Notes under the pieces: generated by a model
Told to the model about the DNA's origin: nothing
Databases searched by the model: none
Seen by the model: the letters and a program-made list of their open reading frames with translations, nothing else
NCBI GenBank assembly: GCA_036676985.1
Contig: JAKFBU010000041.1
Location: forward strand, 128,001-192,000
Length of the DNA stretch: 64,000 nt
Origin: Candidatus Sericytochromatia bacterium
Lineage (GTDB): Bacteria; Cyanobacteriota; Sericytochromatia; S15B-MN24; UBA4093
Direction: 5' to 3'
Program-made: the position numbers and the translations under genes
In this document: positions 61,817-64,000 of the stretch, one piece after another
Numbering within the stretch: position 1 is the first letter of the stretch
How the letters are laid out: each line of letters begins with the position of its first letter

Positions 61817-63451
61817 ATGGCCTGTCCGAACCCACACTGCCAAGCCACCTTGCCCCCGGGGGCAAAGGCCTGCCCGGCCTGCCGCCTGCCCTTGCCGGGC
61901 GTGCTGCATCTCGGGCGCTACCTGATCGCGGGCATCCTCTTCCGGGGGCAATACCTCTTCCATTACCAGGCCACCGACCAGTCCTCGGACGAGACGGTCG
62001 AGGTGCGGGTCCTCGTGAGCCCGGACCCCAAGGCCCGGGGGTTCTTCCTCACCGAGGCCCGGACGCTCATGGGCCTCACTGTGGAGGGGATCCAGTCGGT
62101 ACGCGAGGTGCACGCGGAGGGGCTCGCCACGGTGGTGCTCGATGCCATGGGCGATCGCGCGAGCCGCGACCTCTTGCCCTATGCGGAGAAGGACCTGCTG
62201 CGGCTCGCCTTCCAGTCGGCCCGGATCCTCCACGCCGTGCACACAGGGGGCCTGCTGCACCGCGACGTGCGGCCCGATCACCTGCGCCTGGACCTCAAGC
62301 GCCGGCTGACGATCGCGGGCTGGGGCTGGGAGCGTCTCATCGCAAGCCGGCTGGGCAGCTACGGAGCCAAGGATCCGGCCGCACAGGACTATCTGGCCCC
62401 GGAGCTTGCCACCCGCGAGGCGGGGCCGCGCTCGGACCTCTACGGGCTCGGCATGACGCTCGTGCACCTCGCCACGGGCATCGAGCCCGCAAAGCTGTAC
62501 CAGACCGCCACCCAGACGTACGCCTGGCGTGAGCACACCCATGTCTCCGAGCCTTTCGCCAACCTGATCGACGCGCTCATCCAAGCCCAGCCGGGCCGCC
62601 GCCTGAACAGCGCCAAGACCCTCGAGCGGCGGCTGGAGGACCTCCTGCCTCCGGACCTCAAGGAGCTGGCGGCGAGCCCTCCGCCGGCCCCCGAGCAGAC
62701 CTTGCCCCCCTGGCTCGAGTCGGCCCGCCGCTCCATGGGCGAATGGGTGCCGGACCGCCGGCTCGCCTGGCTGCTCGCCCTCCTGGTCTTCCTCTTCCCC
62801 ATGCTGCCGGCCGAGGGGCCCGGCGTGCCCAAGCGCATCAAGTGGACGTTCACCACCGTGGGCGATCGCCAGCAACCACGCCGCTCGCCCGCTGAGGCCG
62901 TGACCGGCTTGTCGGCCCCGACGGCTCCCCGCGAGTGGCGGCTCGCCCGGATCTACGCCCGCGCGCTCCTGCACCGGCCGGCGACCGTGTCTCTGGTCCC
63001 CCTGCAGGCTGCCGAGGCCACGGCGGCTCCGACGACCTGGACGCCTCCCGATCCGCCGGAGCCCGTGGCCTGGGAGATCCGGGTCTCCAAGGCCCACCAC
63101 GTCATGGAGGTCTACCGCGACTCGCTGCGGATCATGGCCTTTCCGGTCGGCCTCGGGTCCAACGGCAGCACGCCCGTGGGCAGCTTCGAGATCGTCCAGA
63201 AGGTCGCAGGCCCTGCCTATCGGCGGCCGGACGGGTCCATCCTCCCGGCCGCGGATCCCCGCAACCCGCTCGGCACGCGCTGGCTCGGGCTAGCGGTCCC
63301 CGGGCGATCGGGCATCGGCATCCATGGCACGCCCTACGCGGACTCGATCGGCGATGACCTCTCCCTGGGCTGCATCCGCATGCGCACCCCCGACGTCGAG
63401 AAGCTCTTTGAGGCGATCCCGGGGCGGGTCTGGGTCACGATCGAGCCGTGA
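61817..63451 (+). CDS. Zn-ribbon + Ser/Thr kinase-like domain + TM + L,D-transpeptidase (YkuD) fusion
   Basis: CPNPHC..CPAC; LHRDVRP, YLAPE, SDLYGLG; TM; TPVGSF, NPLGTRWLGL, IGIHGT, SLGCIRM. Confidence 0.88.
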   Translation: MACPNPHCQATLPPGAKACPACRLPLPGVLHLGRYLIAGILFRGQYLFHYQATDQSSDETVEVRVLVSPDPKARGFFLTEARTLMGLTVEGIQSVREVHAEGLATVVLDAMGDRASRDLLPYAEKDLLRLAFQSARILHAVHTGGLLHRDVRPDHLRLDLKRRLTIAGWGWERLIASRLGSYGAKDPAAQDYLAPELATREAGPRSDLYGLGMTLVHLATGIEPAKLYQTATQTYAWREHTHVSEPFANLIDALIQAQPGRRLNSAKTLERRLEDLLPPDLKELAASPPPAPEQTLPPWLESARRSMGEWVPDRRLAWLLALLVFLFPMLPAEGPGVPKRIKWTFTTVGDRQQPRRSPAEAVTGLSAPTAPREWRLARIYARALLHRPATVSLVPLQAAEATAAPTTWTPPDPPEPVAWEIRVSKAHHVMEVYRDSLRIMAFPVGLGSNGSTPVGSFEIVQKVAGPAYRRPDGSILPAADPRNPLGTRWLGLAVPGRSGIGIHGTPYADSIGDDLSLGCIRMRTPDVEKLFEAIPGRVWVTIEP

Positions 63452-63511
63452 AGGGGGCCTCATGTTGCGGAACGGTCCATGCGGGTAGAATGTCGAGAGG
63501 AGGACGCGATC

Positions 63512-64000
63512 ATGGGGCCCAACCCGATCCTTTCGCCTGCTGATGCCAGCCTCGCGGTCGAACGGATCTGGATCCCGGAGACGCTCACGTGGCTGGACAT
63601 GAAGCCAGGCCTCGCCCCCGACGCCATCCGGGTCGACCTCGTCGCCACGGTGTGCGGCCGGGAGCTACGCTTTCCGAACGTGGCCTACGGCTTCGGCTTC
63701 GAGGCCGCGAGCACCTGCAGCCTGAAGGCCGTTCTCCTGGCGCTCATGAGCCTCGCCGAGGGAACCGGAGAGGGCTGGCATGAGAGCCACGGGGGCACGC
63801 GCACCCATCACCTCCACCTGTCCATGGATCCTGCCGACCGCTTCGAGTTCTTCGTGTTCGACGACGAGCGGCTCTACTTCACCTTCCACACCAACCGCGG
63901 CGGCATGCTCGCCATGGAGATGGCGGTCTCCGTCGCCTCCCTGCTCGAGGCCGAGGAGTCGGCGACCGAGCGGATCGTGCGGACCTTGGACGAGAAGGGC
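63512..64000 (+). CDS. Hypothetical protein, truncated by the window end
   Basis: GGAGG RBS, ATG 63512, frame open to 64000 (MGPNPILSPADASLAVERIW..). Confidence 0.65.
   Translation, partial: MGPNPILSPADASLAVERIWIPETLTWLDMKPGLAPDAIRVDLVATVCGRELRFPNVAYGFGFEAASTCSLKAVLLALMSLAEGTGEGWHESHGGTRTHHLHLSMDPADRFEFFVFDDERLYFTFHTNRGGMLAMEMAVSVASLLEAEESATERIVRTLDEKG

Overview
High-GC bacterial chromosome segment. The SphR-like regulator, AMIN-amidase, 4-Cys-prefix kinase-like protein and tRNA lacking an encoded CCA suggest a non-photosynthetic relative of Cyanobacteria such as Sericytochromatia (inference only). Housekeeping and envelope genes (tamB-like, tRNA-fMet, amidases, rsmG, ccdA, recQ, rnd, prfC, ansA, serC, FKBPs, DEAD-box helicase, DUF1015, rlmI) flank a complete ~13.1 kb integrative element inserted in the 3' end of rlmI. 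The element is bounded by a 22-bp direct repeat (35443-35464 / 48587-48608) and carries arm-type repeats at both ends. It encodes a P4-like tyrosine integrase, excisionase, Zn-Toprim primase, DUF3987-like ATPase, RusA-like resolvase and a serine recombinase, and has an iteron-like palindromic origin. No capsid or conjugation genes are visible. Its cargo includes a counter-oriented operon with two unannotated micro-ORFs, an HTH/glycine-zipper protein and a small acidic protein, plus two perfect 17-bp-arm palindromes. Outside the element, the notable fusions are an alpha-oxoamine synthase-GNAT protein and a pseudokinase-TM-L,D-transpeptidase. All family assignments come from motif recognition by eye; no database searches were run.
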